Shown: positions 37,407 to 50,564 of the stretch, one piece after another
Numbering within the stretch: position 1 is the stretch's first letter
How the letters are laid out: each line of letters begins with the position of its first letter
Assembly: GCF_006345805.1 (NCBI RefSeq)
Contig: NC_043011.1
Span: forward strand, 13,590,464 to 13,654,463
DNA length: 64,000 bases
Direction: 5' to 3'
Origin: Octopus sinensis
Lineage: Eukaryota
Notes under the pieces: generated by a model
Seen by the model: only the letters and a program-made list of their open reading frames with translations
Told to the model about the DNA's origin: nothing
Databases searched by the model: none
Position numbers and translations under genes: made by a program

Positions 37407-37809
37407 ATAAAATTTTCAGACTCATTAACTTTACCGCATAAATTTTGCCGAAGTCGACCGCTGTTTACTGCGATTCTGTTTTGTTACTTGTTAATTTCCG
37501 CAGATTCTAAACTACCAACCACCAGCTAAGTCTACCTTCCTCGCTTCTATTATTAACTCTTTTAGAACGGTCAAATCAAAGAGAGCCTCTACGTGGCCAC
37601 TCAGCCTGTTAGAAATAGCTGCCAATTTTTTTCAAATCAATTTAAAAATTGAAGTACATATTAAACAATATAATTTTAGATATACAAAAAAAAAAAAAAA
37701 AATGGAGACGCTCATATCAGGAAAGTTTTTCATCATACCAACAAAATCAACAACGCCTTCATAAATATGATTAGTTAGTTATTGATAAGTTGACTAAAGC
37801 GATACCATA

Positions 37810-38645
37810 CAAGGTCTGATCAATATGTATCTGGACTGTTGCCGTAGTAACGAAGCTAAAGTACGCAGAGTAAAGCCACAGATTGACCTTGAATTCTGCT
37901 CTGCATGTTTTTACGTTCTACCTCACTTCTGCTGTTTACAGCAGTGCTTGGAAGGAAGGTGTATAGCATGTGATCAATGCATAACAGGGTAAGTTGAGCA
38001 GAGAATCTGCATCAAATTTTGCCAAAAGCTTGGCGATACATGCTCAGAGGCCTACGCAAAGTTTTCGAACAGTTTCCATCGTTCTTGATACAAATGAAAC
38101 CCGAGGGTCCTTTTGCTTAGCTGAAAGTAGTTTTGGCACAAACTTGGCAGACACGCGTCTCATACCCAAATCTTGAGTGATAATGGACTGAACCGTAATC
38201 CCCTGATAACTCACGGATAGTGATTCGACGATTTCCCCTCCCAGCTGCACGCACATCTGCGATGTTTTTCTCAGTTCTGCTGGTTGCGGGTCTCCCAGAG
38301 CGTTCGTTGATATCGACATTTTTTCGGCCATCTTGGAAACGTCTGAACCACCCGTACACTTGTGTGTGGCTCATACACTCCTCTCCAAACCCTTTCTGCA
38401 ACTTTGCACAGGCCTCTGAGCAGGTATCACCATGACAACTTTTTCTGTCATGGTCAATGTGACGATCACACGCTACACACCTTCCTTCTAGGCACTGCTG
38501 TAAACAGCGGAAATGAGCTAGAACGTTAAAACTTAATGCGCATGCAGAGCAGAGTTCAAGGTCAGTCTTTGCCCAGCGGCTTTACTCTGCATGCTTTAGA
38601 TTCGTTACTATGGCAACCATCCGGATACTTATTGATCAGACCTCG
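37810..38645 (-). mobile_element. Non-autonomous mariner derivative with truncated transposase N-terminus
   Basis: TA TSD; TIR C(A/G)AGGTCTGATCAATA. Frameshifted mariner HTH sequence (CMSHTQVYGWFRRFQDGR...ERSGRP...ITIREL; MRRVSAKFVPKLLS) with no catalytic domain. Confidence 0.85.
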
Positions 38646-40720
38646 TATTTCTACCGCGTTGTTTACAGCTAACGATTGCATGATGGCGTTAACACCCTGA
38701 ATAGTTTTTGGTGAGTGCTTAGTTGACTAATTCCCTGCCACAATTCTCTTAAAGCTCAGTGTTAGTAACTAACTTCCTGAGTTAATACCGATCCAAAGAA
38801 TTCGTTTCACACCGAGGATTTCAATATCCGAGGGATTTAACGGAAATAAAACAGTATTCTAACTCCTATATTTGAGCAAAAGAGAATCTGAAGTAATTTC
38901 TTTGAGGATTTCAGAGAATTAAATTACATTCGATTGGGAATGTAATGCCTTGGGAAAATTGCGAGTGAAAACTCAAAATCTTTCGTTACTGAGATAAGGA
39001 TTAAATTAAAGGGCGAGATTAACTTTCCACTGATAAAGCGCTACAGATTTGAACATTTGATAGATGATATGTCAACTCGATATTCCGTGAGTGTGTTAAC
39101 ATACATTTATATGATCGATGAATCTATTATTTACAGTCAACTGATGTGCGCACATGATATCTTGCTTAGGCAGCAGAGTGCTGGAAGATAATAATAGATA
39201 TTTAGATCATTTAGATTATAACAAAGATTTGAAACATTTAGCCAATGTCCATTTAGTGGCTCTGGCAGGACAAAAAATGATGGGGTTATCAAGTGGGATA
39301 TCATAAAAAGTCGTTGGTATATTTAACAAGCTTTTAGTAATGATTTAAGTCTATAGACATAATGTTAAAATAAGAGTTTCTATTGATATGTTGGTTTTCG
39401 TTTTTTAATCATTTCTCTTTCCGTTTAATTGTTACCACGATTTCTTCATTTACAAATAGAACTTCATATGAAACACACATTATAATCACATACATGTCCA
39501 CTCATGCATACACAATTGAAACACATTTCTATGAGTAGAAACTTATACAATGCGAAGGAGCGCCATTTCAATTAGACTGCTAATGCTAAGAGATTCATCA
39601 TCATAGATATCAATATTTATGAAAGAAAATCGATATATTTACATAAGTAAATGGCTAAAAAGGAGTTGATTTCCTAGCTAAGATGACAATTTGACTGCAC
39701 TTTCAAGGGTAAGTTCATTTTATTTCTCCTCTTTCCGTTTCATGTATCATAACTTAACTCTTTTGCTTTAACAGAGAAATACGTCTGTTGCTCGGTCGCT
39801 CGATTTTGTTTCCCTATTTCGTTTCCCTTTGTTGTTTTAATATAATCTTTCAATGTTCCTCTCTTTGTACTCTTACCAATCCTTATTGCTTACGTTTGGG
39901 GCTCAAGTGAGATTATATACTGGCACTGAGGTTTAAAATATTTCCATCTAGCGTCCCTAAAATGATTAGCATTTGTATCTTGCGGATTATAAATGATTTA
40001 CTTACTTGATGTGAGATGGCTTGCGGCAATGGTGAAGCACCGTTTTCAAAACTTTTGCCATTGGTACTTATTCTATAAGATTCTGTCGAATCGCTTGGTT
40101 ACAGAACTAAGAAGTAAAACACGAAGAAGATAAGTTTTTAGACCGGTTTAAACATAAGCGAGGATGCATATCTCTCACATACGCATACAGCAGGTTTCCA
40201 CACATTTGTCATCTACTAAATTCTACTCACGGAACGTGCATCAACCATTATAGAAAGCATTTACTCAAAGTGTTGTGTTGGGGGAACCAACCTATAACCA
40301 CGTGCTTCCAAAACGTACTCTTTAACCACAAAGCTACTATTATATATGATGCGGAGGAAGGGGGATATATATTTGAAAGGAACCATAAAAGAAGCCATGG
40401 TTTCTACTAAAAGTTTATTTAACAAGTTTTATTTGAATAATAATCTTTAACTGCTGGAAATTATATTACTAGAGAGATGTAAATTTTTGTATTTGTGGCA
40501 GTGTATCTAAATTGTCACCAAAACAATTTAAGATGCCACCAATGCATCATATATCCATCGATATCGGAGGCACTCTGTACTTCATATAGTTTATCATTGA
40601 TATTCTACAGTCTCAATAAACCGTGTCCCCAGATGGCAGCATGCCCACAGTGTCATCAGTACTCTACATTCCCATTTTATTATCACGCGATACTCTGTAC
40701 TCTTTTGCAGTACTCCAAAG

Positions 40721-41152
40721 GGATCTTTTCGGTTTGAACGGCAGTTTTTTCTAGCGGTTTCATATGAAATTGTCACCCACAATTATGACCCTAGTATCGA
40801 TCTATTGCATTTCAATCTGTTTTAGGGTTAGGGTTAGTTAGGGTTAGGGGTGGGAGGAAGGGTATCTTTTTTTCTTCACAAATGTAAATAAACCCAATCT
40901 GTTTCTTAAACGAGGGACATATTCATACGGCACAGAATGTTTTACTTACCTCAATAGACGTCAGTGATTGGTTGAAATTGCAGAAATTGAAGAAAAAAAC
41001 AACAAATATCTTACAAACCATAGAATTTTCTCAATAAAGCCAAGAGAAAAAGGATGTTTTATAAACACATTCTTCCAGTATACGGAGTTTAAAAGTGTTT
41101 AGTTACGTGGAAATTATTTTTAAAAAAACTGCCGTTCAAACCGAAAACATCC
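40721..41152 (+). mobile_element. TTAGGG MITE copy
   Basis: Same TIRs; TSD CTCCAAAG/CTCTAAAG (one mismatch). Confidence 0.88.
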
Positions 41153-41695
41153 CTCTAAAGTCACACAAAATCATATCATCGGTGCTCTACAGTCACATTT
41201 CTCTATCACGTTAGTACTTTCAAGTCATACTACACAATCACGCCAGTACTCAACAATCATACTGCACCAGAACGTCAGTACTCGACAGTAACCTTCTCGT
41301 GTCTCAGAAGTACTGTATGGTCACTCTTCAACACCACGCCATCACTCTACAGTCACACGACACCATGTCGTCACTACTCTAAAGTTACACCATATCAGCA
41401 CTGCCCGACAGTATCTCTACATCGTTATGTCAATACACTACAGTCACACCACAGCATATCGCCACCGTTCTGCAATCTCTGTGCAATAAGTTTGTGATAT
41501 CAGCTTTATTCCAGAGTCTTAATAAACCCTGTGTCCAATACACTGTGTCATCACTACATTGTACATCACTGCACGGTGTCATCACTACTCTACAATTCCG
41601 GGACACCGTGGCACCTGTAAAGAATTTCACCATTCTACCGCCTCAGTAGCATTCGTCTACCAATATATTTATTCATTCTTGTCAGTACCTTCATT

Positions 41696-42102
41696 CTTGG
41701 CAGAAACGTTAGCACGCCGGGTGAAATGCTTAGAGGTATTTCGTCTGCCGTTACGTTCTAAGTTCAAATTCCGCCGACGTCGACTTTGCCTTTCATCCTT
41801 TCGGGGTCGATAAATTAAGTAACAGTTACGCACTGGGGTCGATGTAATCGACTTAATACCTGTCTGTCCTTGTTTGTCCCCTCTATGTTTAGCCCCTCGT
41901 GGGTAATAAAGAAACAGGTATTTCGTCTGCCGTTACATTCTGAGTTCAAATTACGCCGACGTCGACTTTGCCTTTCATCCTTTCGGGGTCGACAAATTAA
42001 ATACCAGTTACGCACTGGGTTCGATGTAATCGACTTAATCCCTTTGTCTGTTCTTGTTTGTCCCCTCTGTGTTTAGCCCCTTGTGGGCAATAAAGAAATA
42101 AG
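41696..42102 (+). mobile_element. SINE family 2, dimer
   Basis: Junction AAAGAAACAG|GTATTTCG near 41917. Confidence 0.85.
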
Positions 42103-42767
42103 TATGATATTTCTCATGTATTGTATAATCCGGTTGTCAAACAGAAAAATATCAGTCACCACACATAATATTTGTAAAATTTCCCTTCATCTCTTTGTAT
42201 ATGAGAAGACATATTAATCTGACATCATAGTTTGCATCAATAAAATTCTTCTTTCTTCGCTATGATCAGGGACAAATTTAAAACTTTGAAATTATTTTCA
42301 TTTTATTAGATGTGGTAATAAGGCGACAAGCTCGTATAATCGTTAGAAACGTCGGACAAAATACCCGACGGCATTTCTTCCGATTCTACGTTGTGAGTTC
42401 AAATTCTGCCGATTGTAGCGTAAGTTATTTTCTCTTCACTCTACTGATTCTGCCAACCGCAACCCTAATAAAATGTCTTTAATAATCATGCTACATAAAT
42501 GGTTTTTGACTTAGGCATAATGTTACGCATCTGAGGAAGATGAGTGAGGGGAATCGTCGAATATATTCAAGCCCCAGGGCACAACTGCAAAAAGACGAAA
42601 AGCAAAGTCGACGTTGATATGAATTGAACTCCGAACCTAAAAGGACTCATAAGACATTAACAGTATAAACTAAACGTAGTTTCGTAAAAATTTAGTTAAA
42701 ACGAGATGGGTGTTATATGATGTGCCGCGCGTGTGTGAACCTACCGCCTGCGCGTTGTATACAAGTG

Positions 42768-43203
42768 GGATCTTTTCGGTTTGAACGGCAGTTTTTTTTC
42801 TAGCGGTGTCATATGAAATTGTCACCCATAATTATGACCCTAGTATCGATCTATTGCATTTCAATCTGTTTTAGGGTTAGGGTTAGTTAGGGTTGGTTAG
42901 GGTTGGGGGGAAGGGTATCGTTTTTTCTTCACAAATGTAAATAAACCCAATCTGTTTCTTAAACGAGGGACATATTCATACGGCACAGAATGCTTTTTTA
43001 CCTCAATAGACGTCAGTGATTGGTTGAAATTGCAGAAATTGAAGAAAAAAAACAACAAATATCTTACAAACTATAGAATTTTCTCAATAAAGCCAAGAGA
43101 AAAAGATGTTTTTATAAACACATTCTACCAGTATACGAAGTTTAAAAGTGTTTAGTTACGTGGAAATTATTTTAAAAAACTGCCGTTCAAACCGAAAAGA
43201 TCC
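42768..43203 (+). mobile_element. TTAGGG MITE copy
   Basis: Same TIRs and body; no clear TSD. Confidence 0.88.
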
Positions 43204-44142
43204 GAGATAAGTACATTAAAATCTTAACTATATCTAACGGTCATTCCCATCTGAACACTTAGCTACGCACTTATCGCAGATTATGATATTCGCATATACA
43301 CTCAACGAACACAGTAACCGTAGATTAAATGTATATACAAATTAACAACATAAAAGTTCTTTCTCAGGTAAAAGTTTTCTAAGAAGATTACGTCAAACTG
43401 TTTATTAGTGCGAATGGATAAAAAAAAGATGGATTAACACGTTGTGATTTGAATTCAGACGCGTGAATCGATTAACAAGACAATGCAACAGTGTTCTGCG
43501 TATCATTTGAAACTGTAGACTTTCTATTAAGTCGCCATTACGTAAACTATTCGCTATATACTAAGGTATTATTAAAAAACAAGGGACTTTCAAATCGGGA
43601 AGAATAAGTCGAACAGCTGTGGCTAAATGGTATAATTGCCGATTTGTTAGTCTTCCAATCAATGATTCTGCTCGTAGAACGGACAGGTCAGCCGGAAGAA
43701 AATCACCAGTGATGTATGTCTTCAATTCAATCATAGTCAACAATCCCAGCACTTGTAGATTGCCTATCTACACAAACAAGTTTTCATTATTGTTTGTTCA
43801 AAGAAATTAATTAATATAAGATTTACTTTAAGTTATACAATGAAATGACTTTTTACTGTTAACGAAGCTATTCATTTGCTAAGAGACGCAACTATTTCCA
43901 TAACACTTGTTCTGTTCATCTGTTAGCTAACTGTCAGTTTGTCGATGCGGCACCAGAGTTGTTCTTGATAAATCCGAGCCTAACGAATTACGTCTTTGAT
44001 GCGTTATTTTAGTTTGTAGGAAATATTTGTTTTAAAATTGAGTTACAGTAAATACAAAAGATTCATGTTCATAACTATTTTTATGGTACAGAATTGTGGT
44101 GTTTCAAATGAAAATTGAATCGTTTATTTAAACAATTTCTAT

Positions 44143-44370
44143 TGGCGAGCTGGCAGAATCGTTAGCACGCCGGACGAAATGCGTAGCCGTATTTCGTCTG
44201 TCGCTACGTTCCGAGTTCAAATTCCGCCGAGGTCGACTTTGCCTTTCGTCCTTTCGGGTTCGATAAATTAAGTACCAGTTACGCACCGGGATCGATGTAA
44301 GCGACTTAATCCCTTTGTCTGTCCTTGTTTGTCCCCTCAGTGTTTAGCCCCTTGTGGGTAATAAAAAAAT
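44143..44370 (+). mobile_element. SINE family 2 monomer
   Basis: Full head, core and tail. Confidence 0.85.
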
Positions 44371-45910
44371 ATATATTGTTGAGTAATTAATCTCTCAACC
44401 TGTTTAACAACACCTGACTGTGAGTGTCTTTAATCGAGCGGCGTTCACTCCATTGAAAATATTCAGGACAGATTTCTGGTTCAAGGATTACTTTCTCCCG
44501 TCACTCTCAGAGAATGGGCTCTCCTTCTTTCTTTCTTTCTTCCTTCCTTTCTTTCTTTTTTCTTTTTTCCTTTCTTTTTTTCTGTACCTTCCTTCCTTCC
44601 TTCCTCCCTTTCTTTCTTTTTACTTTTTTTCCTTTCTTTTTTTCTTCTTCCTATATATCGTAGAAAGTGCTTTATAAGTGAGTGTGTCCCGAACAATTTG
44701 CGCTTGGACTTTAGCTCTGTCTTCTGTTTTGAAAATTATGTAATAGTGCCATACGTCCTCACTCTCCCAACAAAAGCGATTTCGCTCCAAGTGTCTGCCC
44801 GGGCTGTTTCCAGATCTTTCCTGAATGGAATAAGGACATTTCCCGTTGACACAGGGAAACTATAGTAACAATCGTGCAAGTTCGTCAATCACTTTACGAA
44901 CAAAATGCTTCCTGGCTTTAGTACTTTCAACAAAACGTTTCATATCGAGAGATTTTTGTTCGAAATTATGCTTACAAACAACGGAGTTTTGTTAGTGTTC
45001 ATTACACTCTCAATTGATCAAGGACGTACGTGTATACTGTGGTTGTGGCTGATGTTACTATTGTGGTTGATGTTGTCAAATATATTGTCTATCATACTTT
45101 CTTTCTTGCTGTTGAAATGTCATCATGTTTTTTCATTTTCTGCAATTTGTGTGTTTGTATGTTCATAATCCCTTTCTTTTCTTTTAGTTTATTTTTGTGT
45201 TGTTTTTTCGTTTTGTTTTGGAGCTGTCATTTCTTCTGGAGCGGATCCCATACAGCGAAAAGCTATTCTTAACGTGGGGATATACGGAAATAGAAAAGTG
45301 GTATTATTCCTAAGAAACCTGCCCCGTTTAACTCTACCTCGGTACGACATAGATTTCTAAGACGTTTAGTAAAGTCTCTGTGTAAAATACTTCTTAAAAT
45401 GATAATTTCTTTCAGTTATACTCGAATATCATCGAGAAATCACAGAGGAAATTTTGGTACATTGAATCTCGAAACGAATAAACATTTAGTTAAAAGCCCT
45501 TTGCGCAGAGAAAGTCGAGTGTTACTCGTGGGACTAGAACCTACATCTTCTGCGAGCATGACAAATATTCTAACTTTGGACCAAAGCAATCCTTCGAATG
45601 TCTCTAATCATGTTGACGTCATAACAATTTAGAAACTTCTAGATGTAGGAGAGATAATTCTTTTTCGGAAAATTGAATCGCGGAGCAAATAATAATAGCA
45701 TGCAAATATTGGTTTTAAAAACTTGCTGGTAAGAATAAAAGTTCTAAAACACATAGAGAACGTCGAAGACCAATTGCTTCAGTACAATGGTAGAACGTCT
45801 CTCATGTTTACAGAAGATGTGGATTTGAGTTCCATGGGCGACCGTTGACCCTTTCTAACCAAAGGGCTTTTTAACTCAATATTTACACACTATTATTCAT
45901 AGCTTTATTA

Positions 45911-46497
45911 AGGCGGCAAGCTGACAGAATCGTTAGCACGCCGGGTGAAATGTTAAGAGGTATTTCGTCTGCCGCTACGTTCTGAGTTCAAATTCCGCCG
46001 AGGTCGACTTTGCCTTTCGTCCTCTCGGGGTCGATTAAATAAGTACCAGTTACGCACTGGAGTCGATATAATCGACTTAAACTGTTTGTCTGTCCTTGTT
46101 TGTCCTCTCTGTATTTAGCCCCTTGTAGGTAGTAAAGAAATAGGTATTTCGTCTGCCGCTACGTTCTGAGTTCAAATTCCGCCGAGGTCGACTTTGCCTT
46201 TCATCCTTTCGGGGTTGATTAAATAAGTACCAGTTACGCACTGGGGTCGATGTAATCGACTTAATCCGTTTGTCTGTCCTTGTTTGTCCTCTATGTGTTT
46301 AGCCCCTTGTGGGTAGTAAAGAAATAGGTATTTCGTCTGCCGTTACGTTCTGAGTTCAAATTCTGCTGAGATCGACTTTGCCTTTCATCCTTTCGGTGTT
46401 GATAAATTATGTACCAGTAAAACGCTGGGATCGATATAATCTATTATCACCCTTCCCCAAATTTCAGGCATCGTGCCTATAGTAGAAAGGATTATTT
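45911..46497 (+). mobile_element. SINE family 2, trimer (last unit has the alternative tail)
   Basis: Junctions AAAGAAATAG|GTATTTCG near 46143 and 46328. Confidence 0.85.
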
Positions 46498-47586
46498 AGA
46501 GCTTTGTTTCGAGTGTCAATGTTCCCCAAAATAATTGTTTCGCGTTCATTTCGAAGTTTCTAAATTCTTATGACGTCAACATAATAATAATAATGACGAT
46601 GGTAATGATGTTTCCTTTTACGTTTATATAACGATGATGTAATGATTTCAAATTATTCTAAGTCGAGCCAAGTAGGACGTTCTAAAGTAGTAGAGAGAAG
46701 GTTAAGGTTCAAAAACTGAAATGCTGTTGGAACTTATGTCTTTGGCAGACAGAAGTAATTGTTCATTAAATCCAGTGAAACGAAGGACTTTGTAGATAAG
46801 CGACAGAGGCGGGTTGGGGTTGGAATAGAGCGCTGTCTGGAACATGTGCGGTCAGTGCGCCGTCGTGGATACTGAAGGAAGTATTCTAGTGTGTATTTGT
46901 ATCTATAAAAGGTTCGGCACTGTCATGCCTTTGGGTGTCAGAAGTGAAAGTAGAGAAATCTGACGTCAGACGTCAACTTCGTGTATTTACGTCGTCTTTC
47001 GTTTATTTACGCCGTTTATTTACGTACCACTGAAATGCAAGTAAAAGCTTGTATGTATGTATGTATGTATATATATATACATACATACACACATATATAT
47101 AATATACATGTATATATACATATATATATATATATTTAATACATACATATATATAATATATACATGTATTTTTACCGCCTTTAGTCGCACAAATCGACCC
47201 CAGAACTTATTCTATCGGTCTTTTTTCTTAACCACTATACATTATATACATACATACAGATAGATAGATAGATACACACACACACATATAATAGATATAA
47301 AATGTGTACGTGTGTACATTTTTCAGAAAAAAATTCATACATTTTAAATATCAATAGCATTTCTCTTATTTTTTACATGAAGTTTTTGAAAAATGAATTT
47401 AGAATGTAAAAATCAAATATATCAAATTAATAAACGCAAATTATTTAGAATGTAAAAATCAATATATCAAATTAATAAACGCAAATTATTTTCAAATATC
47501 ATTTTCAACGGTGAGATTATCAAAATATAAACTTGAAGTTAAGTTTAAAAATAAATGCGATACTCATTCTGTCTTGATACTTATGC

Positions 47587-48491
47587 TCAAATACATGGAT
47601 ATAGCTGTCGAATTTGTTCTATCAACTTCCCGAATATATCATCCTTAAATTCATAGCGCCACATGAATTCGATGAGATGGGTCTGAAGTAAATTTCTGGC
47701 TGTTCCACATTCTCTCCTATTTCGAGTCTTTACGTGTTTCCATAAACATTCTATGTGGTTGGTTGTGGCAAATGTTACCGGATCAACAAAATTTATAGAA
47801 TGATTCACGGTCAAATGTCTGTATCCTAGCTGACTGAGTGTATTATACGAACGCCAAAGGTCGGATATTATTGTTGTACCAGGCAATATACGCTCGCGTA
47901 TAATCTGTAATAGAGTGTCCGCTGTTCGATTTTCAACTGCCACTAAAATACATCTTCTACTATCTCTTTCTAATGCACCAAACACCATTGCGTTTTAACC
48001 CGATGGCCAACATGATATTTTCTCTTAACAAACGCAGTTTCATCTATTTCAACGATTCTATTGGGTCCTCCCAGTTTAATATTCTGTGCAACATAATATT
48101 CTGCACATACATCGCGGCAAAAATTCCTCCAATCGGTTACCGCTACATTTGCTAAATGACATTCCTGTCCTATTCCTTTTGCTAAATCTTCTTTGGCCCA
48201 GTAAAACAAAATATCTATGATCTGTTGACACTTCAATTTGCTATTTTCTAAAAATGTTCCTTTTCTAATTGACACGGATTTTCTACAAGGTCTTCCACAC
48301 GACCATATTATTTCATCAGATATACTTTTTTTCGTTACTTCTCTCATGGTAGCTCCACACGATGTACATATTTTCTGGGTATTCAAAAGGCCATGTCTCT
48401 TAAGCCAATTAATGCTATCTGCTGCTGTAGCAGTGGAGACGGCAATATCGCGGTGACTAATTCCTCTTAAACTTGGATATGCAAAAGCCAT
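47587..48491 (-). pseudogene. Second copy of the Merlin transposase with a 1-bp frameshift
   Basis: Near-identical to 49659-50564, but AAACACCATTG versus AAACACCCATTG near 47985 splits it into 173-aa and 133-aa ORFs. The missing base is in a homopolymer and could be a sequencing error. Confidence 0.8.
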
Positions 48492-49658
48492 ATTAAAAAT
48501 TGTTTAGCACGTGTTGATATCACACTGAAAGTTTCTAACTGAATAAATTTCAAAGTTTGAATTACGCACGTGGTGGTCAGTGGTCATTCTGATTGGTGTA
48601 TGTAATCGCGGTGATGGTCATGGAGGTTCATTTGTGCAGATTTTGGTGTGATTTCTTTTTTAAAAACAATAATGAATAATGCAAGAATAAATATATTCTT
48701 GCATATATTTGAAAATATTCTTGAAAATAATTTGCGTTTATTAATTTGATATATTTGATTTTTACATTCTAAATAATTTGCGTTTATTAATTTGATATAT
48801 TTGATTTTTACATTCTAAATTCATTTTTCGAAAACTTCATGTAAAAAATAAGAGAAATGCTATTGATATTTAAAATGTATGAATTTTTTTCTGAAAAATG
48901 TACACACGTACACATTTTATATCTATTATATGTGTGTGTGTGTGTATCTATCTATCTATCTGTATGTATGTATATAATGTATAGTGGTTAAGAAAAAAGA
49001 CCGATAGAATAAGTTCTGGGGTCGATTTGTGCGACTAAAGGCGGTAAAAATACATGTATATATTATATATATGTATGTATTAAATATATATATATATATG
49101 TATATATACATGTATATTATATATATGTGTGTATGTATGTATATATATACATACATACACACATATATATAATATACATGTATATATACATATATATATA
49201 TATATTTAATACATACATATATATAATATATACATGTATTTTTACCGCCTTTAGTCGCACAAATCGACCCCAGAACTTATTCTATCGGTCTTTTTTCTTA
49301 ACCACTATACATTATATACATACATACAGATAGATAGATAGATACACACACACACACATATAATAGATATAAAATGTGTACGTGTGTACATTTTTCAGAA
49401 AAAAATTCATACATTTTAAATATCAATAGCATTTCTCTTATTTTTTACATGAAGTTTTCGAAAAATGAATTTAGAATGTAAAAATCAAATATATCAAATT
49501 AATAAACGCAAATTATTAGAATGTAAAAATCAAATATATCAAATTAATAAACGCAAATTATTTTCAAATATCATTTTCAACGGTGAGATTATCAAAATAT
49601 AAACTTGAAGTTAAGTTTAAAAATAAATGCGATACTCATTCTGTCTTGATACTTATGC

Positions 49659-50564
49659 TCAAATACATGGATATAGCTGTCGAATTTGTTCTATCAACTT
49701 CCCGAATATATCATCCTTAAATTCATAGCGCCACATGAATTCGATGAGATGGGTCTGAAGTAAATTTCTGGCTGTTCCACATTCTCTCCTATTTCGAGTC
49801 TTTACGTGTTTCCATAAACATTCTATGTGGTTGGTTGTGGCAAATGTTACCGGATCAACAAAATTTATAGAATGATTCACGGTCAAATGTCTGTATCCTA
49901 GCTGACTGAGTGTATTATACGAACGCCAAAGGTCGGATATTATTGTTGTACCAGGCAATATACGCTCGCGTATAATCTGTAATAGAGTGTCCGCTGTTCG
50001 ATTTTCAACTGCCACTAAAATACATCTTCTACTATCTCTTTCTAATGCACCAAACACCCATTGCGTTTTAACCCGATGGCCAACATGATATTTTCTCTTA
50101 ACAAACGCAGTTTCATCTATTTCAACGATTCTATTGGGTCCTCCCAGTTTAATATTCTGTGCAACATAATATTCTGCACATACATCGCGGCAAAAATTCC
50201 TCCAATCGGTTACCGCTACATTTGCTAAATGACATTCCTGTCCTATTCCTTTTGCTAAATCTTCTTTGGCCCAGTAAAACAAAATATCTATGATCTGTTG
50301 ACACTTCAATTTGCTATTTTCTAAAAATGTTCCTTTTCTAATTGACACGGATTTTCTACAAGGTCTTCCACACGACCATATTATTTCATCAGATATACTT
50401 TTTTTCGTTACTTCTCTCATGGTAGCTCCACACGATGTACATATTTTCTGGGTATTCAAAAGGCCATGTCTCTTAAGCCAATTAATGCTATCTGCTGCTG
50501 TAGCAGTGGAGACGGCAATATCGCGGTGACTAATTCCTCTTAAACTTGGATATGCAAAAGCCAT
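49659..50564 (-). CDS. Merlin/IS1595(ISXO2)-like DDE transposase, intact, 301 aa
   Basis: C-x2-C zinc-ribbon-like N-terminus (CTSC), IVEIDE, WVFG, IISDLWRSY, VNHS, TNHIECLW motifs. Confidence 0.92.
   Translation of the reverse strand: MAFAYPSLRGISHRDIAVSTATAADSINWLKRHGLLNTQKICTSCGATMREVTKKSISDEIIWSCGRPCRKSVSIRKGTFLENSKLKCQQIIDILFYWAKEDLAKGIGQECHLANVAVTDWRNFCRDVCAEYYVAQNIKLGGPNRIVEIDETAFVKRKYHVGHRVKTQWVFGALERDSRRCILVAVENRTADTLLQIIRERILPGTTIISDLWRSYNTLSQLGYRHLTVNHSINFVDPVTFATTNHIECLWKHVKTRNRRECGTARNLLQTHLIEFMWRYEFKDDIFGKLIEQIRQLYPCI

Noticed and set aside
47970-47995. Programmed frameshift in transposase copy 1
   Set aside because: It is a single-base loss in a CCC run relative to the intact twin, so mutation or read error.
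47587-50564. Bacterial IS1595 contamination or recent horizontal transfer
   Set aside because: Long TIRs contain host microsatellites and a SINE piece, and the TSD sits in host DNA; this fits eukaryotic Merlin.
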